Shown: positions 63,959-64,000 of the stretch, one piece after another
How positions within the stretch are numbered: the first letter of the stretch is position 1
Layout: each line of letters begins with the position of its first letter
Assembly: GCF_001194135.2 (NCBI RefSeq)
Contig: NC_068983.1
Location: forward strand, 101,296,465-101,360,464
Reading direction: 5' to 3'
Source of the DNA: Octopus bimaculoides
Lineage: Eukaryota
DNA: 64,000 nucleotides
The notes under the pieces: generated by a model
Database searches by the model: none
The model's input: the letters and a program-made list of their open reading frames with translations, nothing else
Told to the model about the DNA's origin: nothing
Program-made: the position numbers and the translations under genes

Positions 63959-64000
<42 letters not shown>
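63891..64000. repeat. (TCTA)n microsatellite
   Basis: Read directly. Confidence 0.97.

Noticed and set aside
48000-64000. Uni-strand piRNA-cluster interpretation of the TE-dense block
   Set aside because: TE fragments occur in both orientations with no strand bias; small-RNA data would be required.

Overview
AT-rich, microsatellite-rich animal genomic DNA with several N gaps. The SINE/RTE repertoire resembles that of octopus (inference from recall, no search run). The one host gene I can support is a + strand myeloid leukemia factor (MLF) family gene with four identifiable coding exons: 20863-21064, 31566-31694, 35063-35219 and 37426-37568 (about 204 aa from the ATG at 20879; the true first exon was not found). 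The rest is mostly mobile DNA: tRNA-derived SINEs, RTE LINE 3' ends, REL-endonuclease (R4/Dong-like) LINE relics, hAT and Merlin-like MITEs, and a nested cluster at 48-64 kb (LINE, mariners, maT-like fragment, Helitron end, gag-knuckle ORF, IS630/Tc1-like element, Penelope-like fragment). The most notable unannotated signals are: (1) a cluster of minimal type I hammerhead ribozyme motifs on the minus strand at 57.8-63.8 kb, two with a complete catalytic core; (2) a 368-bp fold-back in an MLF intron with a decayed hammerhead core in one arm; (3) a Merlin-like MITE carrying a head-to-head telomere-like (TTAGGG)/(CCCTAA) hairpin. Almost all entries in the supplied ORF track are spurious, N-run or microsatellite ORFs, or transposon fragments.
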